Shown here: positions 24,030 through 40,424 of the stretch, one piece after another
Numbering within the stretch: the first letter of the stretch is position 1
Layout: the number at the start of each line of letters is the position of its first letter
Assembly (NCBI GenBank): GCA_010909165.1
Contig: MU008154.1
Coordinates: 1,229,478-1,293,477 of the forward strand
Length of the DNA stretch: 64,000 nucleotides
Origin: Anthoceros angustus
Lineage: Eukaryota > Plantae > Anthocerotophyta
Reading direction: 5' to 3'
The notes under the pieces: generated by a model
Told to the model about the DNA's origin: nothing
Seen by the model: the letters and a program-made list of their open reading frames with translations, nothing else
Database searches by the model: none
Made by a program: the position numbers and the translations under genes

Positions 24030-24698
24030 GCCGGGCTAGTCCTGTGTGATGATCCTCTCCCGCTTGCCTACCACACGCAGCAGATTCGCCCCTAATTCCG
24101 CAGCCAACCCTAACGGATGAGGGTCGGTCTTAACGGAACACTAGGAGCGATCTGTGAATCAATTGTCTGCGTTCAACTGAAGGTCTGGCGGTTGTGGCAG
24201 GTTTTTGGTGGTGAGAGTCTAGGGTTCCATCAGCCAGTAGTCCCTTACACGAACATTTCTCGTGCTCTGGTGAAACTTCTGGCTGGTAAGTATTTGATTC
24301 ATGTTCTCTACAGATTGGGGTACTTGATAGTTGGCTACGTCGTCAGGCTCATTCCCTTTGCCTTCATTTTGTCTTGCTGCCGTGATAGCTCTGCTCTTAA
24401 TTGGCCCAGATATCTGCAGAGGGGACTAGATGTCCTGGCACATCAGCAGAAGGATTGGATAGATTGATGTGCACAAATTGGCAAGGTTGCTGAGTCTGAC
24501 AGCAAAATCTAGCAGTATCTGCAAGTGGTTGGAAGGAGCCGTATGTGATTTGCATTCTCAAGTCTCAAGTCCACAATGCCCAAATGGTGGAATTGTGACG
24601 AGTGTGTTTGGTATGAAAGCTGCAAGTTGTGGTCACATCGTCGCCTGAGATGATCCTGGAACATCCACGAGCCATACAGTGGTACCTTGGGAACAAAG

Positions 24699-27373
24699 AT
24701 GAGTGAAGAGATTGAGAAGCATGTGTTGCGAAAGTATCATGTCTGTCAAAAGCTCGGGAAAGGAGTGAGCATTAAAACCTACCCTCAAGTTTTCCAGTTT
24801 GAATGCAACTTGGGATGCATACACTGGGAGTAAGTTGCTGTATTATTGACAGGCCTACGGCATTGTGTGGAAAGCAATTGACAGACGGACCAATGAAGTT
24901 GTGGCGCTCAAGAAAATCTTTGATGCATTTCAAAATGCCACTGATGCACAGGTCATAACCATGATTTCCGTTTCTCTTGTGCCAGTTCATGAGTGACAGA
25001 TTGAGTTCTTCTGATGGTCTCATGGCTTTCGCTTGATCACACGTTCCGTAATTTGCAGAGAACCTTTCGAGAGGTTATGTTTCTGCAGGAGATGGAGCAT
25101 GAAAATATAATCAGGTGAGGGTTTGGTCTTGCTAGCTCGTGATTATGATCATCAGAGATGATGCTTGTGAGTGCCCATGCACTAGTCTTAACTCGCTCGG
25201 ATCCGGCGTAGATTGTTGAACGTTCTGAAAGCGGAAAACGACCGTGATTTGTATCTCGTCTTCGACTACATGGGTATGCTTCTTCTCTGGAGCTCTAAAC
25301 CACCCAAACATTGCCTGTACAGTGTTCAGAATTGTGCATTACTTTGTTTGCAAAAAGCAGGCCTGCCATGAGTGACCAAAAGTTCTGAACGATGTGACAC
25401 TATAGAGTGAAATTGTTTTTGCCACAGAGACCGATTTGCATGCGGTTATAAGGGCGAACATTCTTGAAGAGGTTCATAAGCAAGTAAGATGCGTGCAGTT
25501 TCTGCTTGCAAAGTTCTTGAACATCATGAGAAATCCTCTCGTAGGTTCACAGTCTGCTGTATGCAGTTCATCATGTATCAGCTCTTCAAGGGATTGAAGT
25601 ATATGCATTCAGCAGAGCTCCTACATCGGGATATCAAAGTAAGCCAGCCGGGTAGATACAAGTTAGTTGCTTCTCCAGACTTCAATTTTGCACAGTGTCG
25701 ATGAACTAGTTGCTTAATTTTACATAGGTGTCATGCACGATGGAGACTGTGCTAAATGAGCTTCTTGCATTTGGTCCTCTGTTGGGAAATAGCTCAGCCC
25801 AGCAACTTGCTTCTGGATTCGGAGTGTATTGTGAAACTGGCTGACTTGGGCCTCGCGCGATCCGTGAGTCTACTTTTACCTTTCTCTGTTGTTGCAAGTT
25901 TTTGTCCTAAAAGTTCTGAAACAGCACTCTAAGCGGATTCCTCTGGCTGTCAGGTTGCCCAACTCAGGGAGGACACCACCCAAAACCCAGTTCTTACAGA
26001 CTATGTAGCCACCCGCTGGTATGACTCCAAAGCCTTTCAGATGCTATCATGCTTACGTGCTGCAATTATGAATCGCTATCGACAGTAGGTCAAAAGCACT
26101 TGAAACTCTCACACGTTACTGGATTGTAACAATCAGGTATCGAGCTCCAGAGATTCTGCTTGGTTCGGGGAAGTAAGTTTCTTTCTACATGTGCTTTCGT
26201 CTCTGCTGTTTGATTCCAGAAATCTTGGCACTCAGTTGTGGCTACACTAGGTTTATGCAGAGGAGCATGCTTTGATTGAATCTGTGGTTGAAGTTTTGGG
26301 AACTAGGTATACGTTCGGGGTGGATATGTGGTCAAGTGGTTGCATTCTTGGGGAACTTATGTCGGGCAGGCCCTTATTTCCCGGTACGACGAACTGCTCT
26401 TCAAGAACGTTATTTGGTTACAGTCCAACATGACATCTAGGATGACATTATTCGTCTGCATGTGTGCTCTGCTCACAGGGACATCAACAATGAACCAGAT
26501 TGAGAAGGTGTTGGAGGTCATTGGCAAGCCAAAACCAGTAAAGCTTTGGCTGGTTTCCTCTTGCTTTTCGTCAAAAATGTGTTTGTGCACTGCTCTGACT
26601 TTTTGCATACTGTGCATGGTTTCAACCTAATTTGAAGGAAGACATAGACGCCATACACTCCCCTTTCGCCGCAACCATGCTTGAGAACATGTCCCCTTTA
26701 AATACCAAGTAAATTCACAACTCTATGCTTAGCTCCATCTGCTCATACCGCCATTTGTAGTGGAATCTTGCTAGTTGCCTGCCAATGTATTCATGGGCAA
26801 TGTCGAATTTGCAGAACGTGGAAGCAGTTGTTTCCAAACATTTCTCCTCAGGCTGAAGACCTGATTTGCAGATTGTTGCAATTCAATCCCCACAGGCGAC
26901 TCACAGCTGAGGTACCAGAGATTTCAGAAATTTCAGTCCAGCAGTCATGTTGCTAGTGTATTCCATGTTGGCTGCACAGCTACGGTTGATCTGTCAAATG
27001 GCCCAGTACTAAGCTTTTGGGCTCCATTTTGGCAGCAAGCTCTGAGGCATCCTTATGTGGCCCAATTCCACAATCCCAAAGATGAACCCAGGTGCAACAG
27101 GATCATCACCATTCCCATCGACGATAATACTAAGTACGTATTTACTATGGCGTTACTCGTAACCAAGCGACTCTGTCCAGAGCAAATGTAATTGAAATGC
27201 CCTGTTGCAGGTTCACTATCCAGGAATATCGGGAAAAATTGTACTCGGAAATTGTGCAACGTAAGAAGGAGATCAGGAGGAGAATGAGGGACAAGGAACG
27301 GGAGAAGGAGTTGGCTGCTAGAGGGAATCGCAGAAGCAGTAGATCTCGGTCAAGCGGCAGTATTCAAGGATAG
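24699..27373 (+). CDS. MAPK15: MAP kinase 15 (ERK7/8-type), TDY activation motif, many short exons
   Basis: [13 protein letters not shown]...LGKG|AYGIVWKA...[16 protein letters not shown]|RTFRE...HRDIK|PSNLL...DLGLARS|...[11 protein letters not shown]|YRAPE...EYREKLY, ERK7/8-specific signatures. Confidence 0.92.
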
Positions 27374-27749
27374 AAACGAGGCTTCTTCTTCTGGTTTGGG
27401 GCCAGCATAAAAATTCGTCAGCACTACTGAACTGTCTCTACCCTATTTTGGCTCGCGAGTGAAGGGTGCAACGCGATCCACATACAACAGAGGTGTGTGT
27501 TGTGACACATACTATGTTGTGCCGCGAGTCTGTCCTTCATGTACCGTCTATGATCAGTGTGTAGAACTCGTCATCAACTTGAGCTGGTTCAGTTTGATTA
27601 CTCGCAAACAAGTAATTCAAAAGGTGTCGCGATCATGTAGGAGTAGTTTGAACTTGTGGCAGTCCTGCAAACACCAAAAAAGTCCTAGTACCTGTGGATT
27701 GTAGCTCTTGACTGAACAATCCGAAGACTGTACCATGAATTCCACATAC

Positions 27750-28881
27750 CTTTTCTAAAGCAAGCAATGTTGCCTCTATGAGGTCAATTTTAGCTGTGAC
27801 CTCCTCCTGAGTCTTTCCAATGCTACTACGGCTTGTGCCTGTGTCCTTCAGTTCCCGTTGTACTCCTTGGTGTGCGAGCTGGATCTGCATGGATGACAGT
27901 GAGTAATTGACATGCTAGGGATCATCAATACACTGACCATCCATAGATCCATTCCCAAGGATGGAGAGGCCAACCGCCTGGATCATGTCCTTCAACTCGG
28001 CTTCTCTTTGATGAAGCTTGTTGAGCCTTTTATCAACTTCCCTTGAAGCTCGCTCAAGATCCTGAAAACACACCCGGACATCCGTTCTGAGGAGGAAAAC
28101 GCCTACATTGAACGAGTTCTGCGTGGCACACGTCCTAATGGCACCTGCTTTGCCTCCAAAGTATCGACAAGCTCATGTCGTAGAATGTTGCAACGAATCT
28201 GGGCTCGTGCCAGTTTTTCTGGAAGTCCATCTCTGTTCAATACATGCGTCGCAATTCAACTTGGCTTGGATTGCAAAGCCGTCAGGTTGTCAATCAGCTT
28301 TTGAAGAGAAAGATTGAGGGTTTGAGACACAATTTTCTGGCGACAATAGGGGCATGTAGCTTTGTGAGCGTTGCCGCGAGTATGAACTGCCAAACACTGC
28401 ACTAGGGTGAGACGTTTTTGAATTGCAGCATTCTGGTGGTGAACATGACAAGCTATGGATACACAAAAAGAATACCATCACAGGTGAACTGATAGGAGCA
28501 AGAGAGGAAGGAACCTTGGCACAGAACGTGTGACCGCAAGGCGAGAGAAGCATTGGCTGGCGTGCAGGCGACTTCATCAGCTCGAAACAAATAGGACACG
28601 AGTTGCTCTCTAACTCAGCAGCCAACGAGCTGCAACAGAAGATGCATTGCCTCCAGTTCAACCAGGCACGTCCCATCCTCAACTCAAATTCAACCAAGCA
28701 GAAAGCACTAAACAAGCAGCACCATGGCACGCCATGCAAGAAGCATTTCGCCGATCATTTCAGCCCGTTACGAGGGCCTTGTGCTGAGCAAACTCCCAAT
28801 CTACCTGGCAAGATCGTCCACAGCCACCTCCGCTGTCGCTGGTGGCCCAGGTTTCAACGTCGGATCCTTCAACCGTGCCAT
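27750..28881 (-). CDS. RING-HC finger plus coiled-coil protein containing an in-frame TGA (28256-28258); terminal exon unresolved; alternative upstream ATG at 29010
   Basis: Spliced CPICFELM...PCGHTFCAK|CL...CPYCR; the frame continues past TGA into EKLARAQIRCNILRHEL and two further clean coiled-coil exons. Confidence 0.7.
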
Positions 28882-29644
28882 CGGCGCTTTCCACACTCCA
28901 ATCTTGAACGACAAGAATGCCACAACTAGCAAGAGTCCAAGAACGCAAGTTGTGCTCCAACAGTGGGACAAAGTGAACGGATCAGGATCAAATTCGCACA
29001 AGGCTGCCATCAAGACGTTGCGACATCACCAGGCTGTTCCATCCCAGAAGTCGATGATCTAAAACCATCACAGCCGTGCCTGCGAGTTCATTTTCGGCCG
29101 CACACGGCCCTCGAATTTTCCTCCATTGCTATACGGGGAACAATGGCCGGCAATACGACGAGCGTCGCTGCCGGGAAGGGAAGGATGAAATGGCAGAGCT
29201 CATGCCAGCCACGGCGGCAGAGGCTTGGCTGGTGCGCGGTTCGAGACGTTCTTCACGACTCGGCCGGTTTGTGTTTGTTGCGAAGAACCAGGAACCGGCC
29301 CAGATGCGGGAATGAGATGTGTATATTCACGGAACACATACATGCACCAGTAGCGAAATAGAAAGAGATAGATAAATACTGGAATTGTATATCCGCTTAA
29401 ACCCCTGCATGCCGCTGCGGGAGAGAGGCAAAGGAACCGAGTCCACCAGATTGTTGGCCCAGGCGATCCTGACCGAATTCCTGGACTCTGGTTGTGGGCA
29501 TCGTTGATGTTGCAGGATTTGTGTGTGGGCAGCTGGAATGGGCGCCGGCCATGTGCGCTGGATTGCGCAGTTTGGGCTCGCTGAGATTTTCGGGATTGTT
29601 GGAGGCCAGGTGTAGGTACCGTGCTGGTGCAGGAGCAGAGGGCC

Positions 29645-34904
<5,260 letters not shown>

Positions 34905-36079
34905 CAGATCAAGCAGTCAGCTTCCCAGGTTTGAAGCTCTGGTTTCTTGATCAATTCTGTTTTGTCAGCTGTACAACGTGTAGACCACCTATTCCTCCTT
35001 TACCAGCGTCCACACTGCGGTGAGACAAGACATTGCCACGACTTCGAATCCGCAATACCGAGTTCTTGTAAAATTCAAGCTTATGCATATGTAGTTCCTA
35101 TTTATTGTTTTCAGTACAACAATCAGCTTTTTTGTCCCTTCATCCTCATAGCGCTGGGGAAGGGAATTTAACGGCCGTCACGGCATGACAAATCAAGGTA
35201 GCGCAGAGTTCAGGTTCGGCATGGCTTAGGGCCATGCGAAGTTCTACACCCCGTTACACATATCGGGCCGGTGACCGTGATGGGATCATATATCACCCTT
35301 TATTCATCACTTGTGGCTTCGCACGCCCTGACCTTCTCATGCCGCAGGGTTACATTGCGCGCTCCGCATCACTGCTTGGAGACTAGAGTTATGGCATTTG
35401 AGGTTTTAGGGTTTGGGGTTGCTCGTGGTTGGGTGCAATCATTTCCCACCGTTCTTCTCAAGAATTGTTGAAAATGTTCATTTTGCTACCACATCAAGGC
35501 CCCCCTTCATGTCAAGCCTCAACCAACAAAAGTACTCAAGCAACTAGTCCGGTGGTGAGAGTGCCTTTCCGTCATTACTCTTGACTTATCGCTTAAGACC
35601 AAGCTTATGAAGTGTTTTGTGTGCTTGCAGGAGAATTGCAAGCTTGCTGGCAAACCACCACTCATCACGAAATCAATTGGTTTGCCATTGAGATCTTTCT
35701 CAAGTGCAAGATACACTTGAGACACACAAGTGAAGCAAAATGATCACCTGCTACAGTCATTTCTTACTCAAGAGCCAATTACTCAGCTAATTCATGAGCC
35801 AACTCCTGTAAGACACACAAGCGGTGCTAAATGATCACTTGCCACAGCCATTTCTTACTCAAGAGCCTATTCCCGAGCCAACTCCTGTATTTCTAGAAGA
35901 GACGGAAAACCATGGAAAGGTCAACATAGGCAGGCCATCACGAAGTTCCACAGAATCCTGTGTAGAAGGTATTCTCAGACTGAGCGTAGAAGGTGGGATG
36001 AAAGCGCGTTGTTGGTGTTGGTGGCCTATCGCAAGGAAGACATGGTAAAACACAAAGATGGGGGAAAAAGAAAAAACCA

Positions 36080-36365
36080 CAAGTGGTGATGTTAGATGGC
36101 TAGTAATCTCAACTATTTATGCAGCTCTGGGAGTGTACAGACAGGAAAGCAATGCCAGGATAAGTGGTTGTCTTGCAAGACAGAGTATAACAAGATTGCA
36201 GACTGGGAAAGACCCTACTAGAGGATCTCATTTAGGCCAGAGTTCCTATTGGAGTATGGACAAAAGGAGAGCGTCAAAGAAGAGTGTCAAGCTTAGAGGC
36301 TGTCAAAATCATTCTTTCACTCTATGATGCTATTGATGAATTTATGGCTAACAGGGCTATCAATC
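36080..36365 (+). pseudogene. Frameshifted Myb/SANT-like (trihelix or PIF/Harbinger DNA-binding) relic
   Basis: Joined frames read RWLVIS/NYLCSSG..QTGKQCQDKW...EYNKIADWE...SYWSM...LYDAIDEFM, with stop and frameshifts. Confidence 0.6.
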
Positions 36366-37034
36366 TTAGTAATACCATGGACTCCAGCAGACCTTCATCA
36401 TCATGTGACAAAGACATGAAGGATTTTGAATTGTATGGCTAGACTGGCTAGGCCAAAGGAGATACCAGTGCAAAAACATCAATTGCCGCAAACTAGCATG
36501 AAAAGGAAAGCACGAAATGGTAATGCCATGTCTAGTTTCCTGCCTGTTTTGGAAAAGAATAATGCAGCACTTATCGCAAAACATGCTGAGGAGCAATTGC
36601 AAGTGTGACATGCAAAACAAATGGCACTAACCAAATAAGCTTGAAGTCTTTGCCAAGAGTGAGATAAGAAAATCCAGCATCATAGTGAAATTAGTCAAGG
36701 TGTAGTAATAGCTATAACAAAGATATCAGCTTCTATTAAGAGCTTTGAAGCGTCCAGTAGACTCACATATTGCTTCAGTGCTAGTCCACATTCCGCTAAG
36801 GACATGACAGGCACACAAAATTCATGTACGGACCATTCAAAAACCATTTCTACATCAATTGTTCTATGCTTGCCACAAATATTGCATCAGCTGAGCTCGG
36901 AGACGATGGCCTTCTCGGTTAACTGGAGGGACTACATGCGATGTTGGTCTATTACGAGACATGAGACCTTAGCAGCGTCTGGGTAGAAAGGGGTTTCTTC
37001 AGCAACCCTTTTTTCCACACGGACTTCCGCAAAC

Positions 37035-37322
37035 CACAAATTGCATGCTGAAAAATCCGTACTAAAAATGGCCGTTTTGAAGAGTTTAGGTCTTGTTTAT
37101 GCGTGCAAAAACGTATTTGATTTTAAACTTCACAAATTGCATGCTGAAAAATCCGCACTAAAAACGGCCGTTTCGAAGAGTTTAGGTCTTGTTTACGCGT
37201 GCAAAAACGTATTTGATTTTAAACTTCACAAATTGCATGCTGAAAAATCCGCACTAAAAACGGCCGTTTCGAAGAGTTTAGGTCTTGTTTACGCGTGCAA
37301 AAACGTATTTGATTTTAAACTT
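37035..37322. repeat. 96-bp tandem repeat x3
   Basis: Units start at 37035, 37131 and 37227; units 2 and 3 appear identical. Confidence 0.95.
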
Positions 37323-37964
37323 TATCCAATTCTGAGCCTTCTTAAAAGAAGGTTATTCTCACAACCGGCACGTGTACCAACATTTAGAGTTTTTAGAGAT
37401 TGTTGTAATTCTGGTGCGCAAATTTGTTTGCGCACCAACCTTTCACTCATATCAGTCAACCCTAAGACTATACTCTCGCTCTGGGAATTCTGCAGGACTT
37501 TGTTTATTAAACATTGGGACAATAATATCTTTGTTGACCTGATGCTGTTCTTGATCCGTGTGCAGTGCGAGAATGAGAGTGGTATGGTCTGCACTTGGAG
37601 CTGGGCCCATGCCAAATGTCTCAAGATTCAAAAGATGAAAAGGTTCTCACTACTAGCTCAAAGCTTTAACCACTAGAAAAAAGATGAGGGCTAAGTCAAA
37701 ATAAGGACATATCGACATTAGGGAGGTGCACAAAAAGGGTTGAAAACGCCGAAAGGAACCTTTTAAAACAACAAAAAGATAAAAAATAAATACAAAAACA
37801 GCACAAAATAATACCAAAATTTTAGGGCAAGTGCACGCACTTGCCTCAAAAAATTCATTTTTTTTGGGATATTTTCGTATTTTTAAGATTTTTTGCTCTT
37901 TTTTTCTTTGGATCAACCATCAAGGAATGCACTAGGAGGCATGAACCATATGGGTTCATGCCCC

Positions 37965-38352
37965 TAGGCCCTCCTTGACCCTGGGTGCGCGCACAAGTGC
38001 GCGCACCTGGGCCCCCTTGCCCACTGGTGCGCGCACCTAGGGCCCCTTTGCCCCCTAGTGCAGACACTAGTGCGCGCACCTGGGCCCCCTTGCTCCATTG
38101 TGCACACACTTGTTCACCCAATTGGGCCCCCTTCCCCCCTGGTGTGCGCACTTGTTCGCCCACTTGGGCACCTTTGTCTCATGGTGCGTGCACTTGTTCG
38201 CCCACCTGGGCCTCCTTGTCCCCAAGTACGCACACCTGGGTCTTCTTGCCCCTGAGTGCGCAAACATGTTTACGCACCTAGATCTTCTTACTCATTTTGC
38301 GCAAACAAGCTTGCACATTATCAAGTTGGGTGCGCAAACTTGTTTGCGCACA
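37965..38352. repeat. Array of GC-rich short repeats built on GTGCGC(GC)AC palindromes plus CTGGGCCCC
   Basis: About ten degenerate gtgcgcgcacctgggccccttgccc-type units. Confidence 0.75.
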
Positions 38353-39329
38353 CATCTCGTACTGTCTGTTTTCTAACAAAAACTTTTGTACGGGATGAAC
38401 GGTGACCAAATGAACATATAGGGTGTGGCACCGCGGGTTTGAACACCACATTAAAATTAGCAAACACTATCAAAAAAGGCCAAAAAAAGATGGGATTTTA
38501 GCCGTAACCCCTTTTTGCTGGAGAAACCTCTTTCTACCCAGACGCTTTTCCTTCATGCCTCGTAATAGACCAGCATCGCATGTAGTCCCTCCAGACTTTC
38601 CGTCCAAAAATACGCCACATATTCGTCGAAACCCGAATGCACCTTCCATAAACCATTCTAGTAGAAGAATGTATGAAGTTGAAGGAATCCAACTCAGGTG
38701 ACAGTCCACGTCCGGGAATGGAACTATCAACCAAAGAAACAACAGGGTACCCTGCATCATTATATACTCCCAAATAGGGTGCTCATTGACATCTATTGCT
38801 GAACCTTCTAACCGGTGCTCATCATTTGCCAGGAGATAGAAAGCACTAATTGACAAAATGCACATGACCTACAAATATCACTGAAGTTAGATTGTAGGTC
38901 TTGGGGAAAGTCTCTCTAGGTTAAAGTTATATAAGGCTGAAGACGCACTATCTTCAAACACGTTTGATTCAAAGCCATCCGGCACTAACCTCATCGTCCA
39001 TATGCATGGATAGTGATGTATACCACTACCACCACTTGAAGCATGGGCTTAGAAACTAGGAAAGAAGGGAAATGGAGAGCAGTGGTTCCCTCTAGCGTCA
39101 AGACAAAAGCAAGGGATTATTATGCAAATCTAAGAGAGACACTGGATTGTCACGAACGAGTGTGTGATCTCCACACACTTCCTGTCATTCTTGGATGCAT
39201 AATAAGAAAAATGACATCCAATGGCATGCAGCATAGCAGAAGTTTTGAAGATTGCGTGCAGTTAGGCACATCTTGGTTTATATAACCGTAAACACACATT
39301 GGATCAGTCACCTGTTGTGAGCATGTCAC

Positions 39330-39713
39330 TGTCAACCCTCCAGGCTGGGCGGCGGAGGGATGCGTGATTGCCAAGGTGCACAAGTACACAGGTATGCAAG
39401 ACGGCCACACCTTCATCCCCTCGCCATTGAGACTGACGGGGCTATGGGCAAGGATGTTTCCCGCTCATTAAGGATTGTGTTAAATCCTACCATAGCCGTC
39501 GGAACAGGGAAGGTCTCCCTCTTTCCTCGGTGGTGGCTTTCTTTCGACAACAGGTATCCATCGCCTTGTAGAGGGCGCTGGCCAATGCTATTTACAAGAC
39601 AACAATGAGCGCAGGAGACGTGGCGTCATCGGCACCATCAGCGTCATACTGGGTTGTCCCCTCGATTCGGGCTAAATGAGTTCCCAAAAATCTCTCTTTA
39701 TAATAAAGTCTCC
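39330..39713 (+). mobile_element. 3' fragment of an RLE-type (CRE-like) non-LTR retrotransposon (restriction-like endonuclease C-terminus)
   Basis: Joined frames: AAE...KVHKY...TFIP/LAIETDGAMG...FFRQQVSIAL*RALANAI; 3' end TAATAAAGTCTCC shared with the 16.7-kb copy. Confidence 0.7.
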
Positions 39714-39862
39714 ATTGAATTCCTGTGTAGACAAAGATTACACTACTATAGCCAGGGGTGGTATGGCCCGTTCGGGTTGACTGCCCTCTTGAGATAGCAA
39801 GTCACCAGGGTTGACACGCTTGTCTTAAGGTCTTTGGTACTGGAAGCACTTGTCCGCACGTA

Positions 39863-40021
39863 CAAAATCCCCTGGGAATGCGATACATGCTTTGCAGCCC
39901 CTTCCCCAATTCTATCAAAATCCCCTGGGAATGCGATACATGCTTTGCAGCCCCTTCCCCAATTCTATCAAAATCCCCTGGGAATGCGATACATGCTTTG
40001 CAGCCCCTTCCCCAATTCTAT
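39863..40021. repeat. Perfect 53-bp tandem repeat x3
   Basis: caaaatcccctgggaatgcgatacatgctttgcagccccttccccaattctat at 39863, 39916 and 39969. Confidence 0.95.
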
Positions 40022-40424
40022 CGATAGCTTCCTCTGTATCCAAGCCACAACTTCGGCACATATCATAGAACTGAGGCGCATGACCACTGGGATGGGGTGC
40101 TTATCCCAAGAATGAAGCTTCTGAGAGTCGAGGACCTCAGTAAAAATCTCTCAAGCAGGGCTCAATTCGAGCCAGGAATGAAAAAGATTCACTCTGGAAA
40201 TGAACAGCTTCTCACCTCTAGGTCCAACCCAATGGCGACCCGGGGGCTAATTGCCGACCCGGCTGTCGAAGATCCGGCCCTACACGCGAGCCGAACCAGA
40301 TTCTAGATGTCTGGGATAATTGCCGATTTAACGGGCGTGGAAGATAGGTGTGTTAGAAACGATTCAGGTAACCTTTTTACTGGTACAGGAACTTGAACAT
40401 CATCGATGTTTCAACTGCTAAGCA

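Larger units (their letters stand above)
36923..38594. mobile_element. ~1.7-kb non-autonomous element bounded by ~80-bp imperfect inverted repeats
   Basis: ctggagggactacatgcgatg...cgtctgggtagaaag..gtttct.cagcaa (36923-37005) is the reverse complement of 38515-38594; interior is repeats; no clear TSD. Confidence 0.6.

Noticed and set aside
37041-37676. 211-aa ORF with 32-aa repeats
   Set aside because: By-product of the 96-bp tandem repeat; non-ATG start and no coding signature.
39863-40021. CRISPR-like appearance of the 53-bp and 96-bp arrays
   Set aside because: Units are head-to-tail with no unique spacers, there are no cas genes, and the context is eukaryotic.
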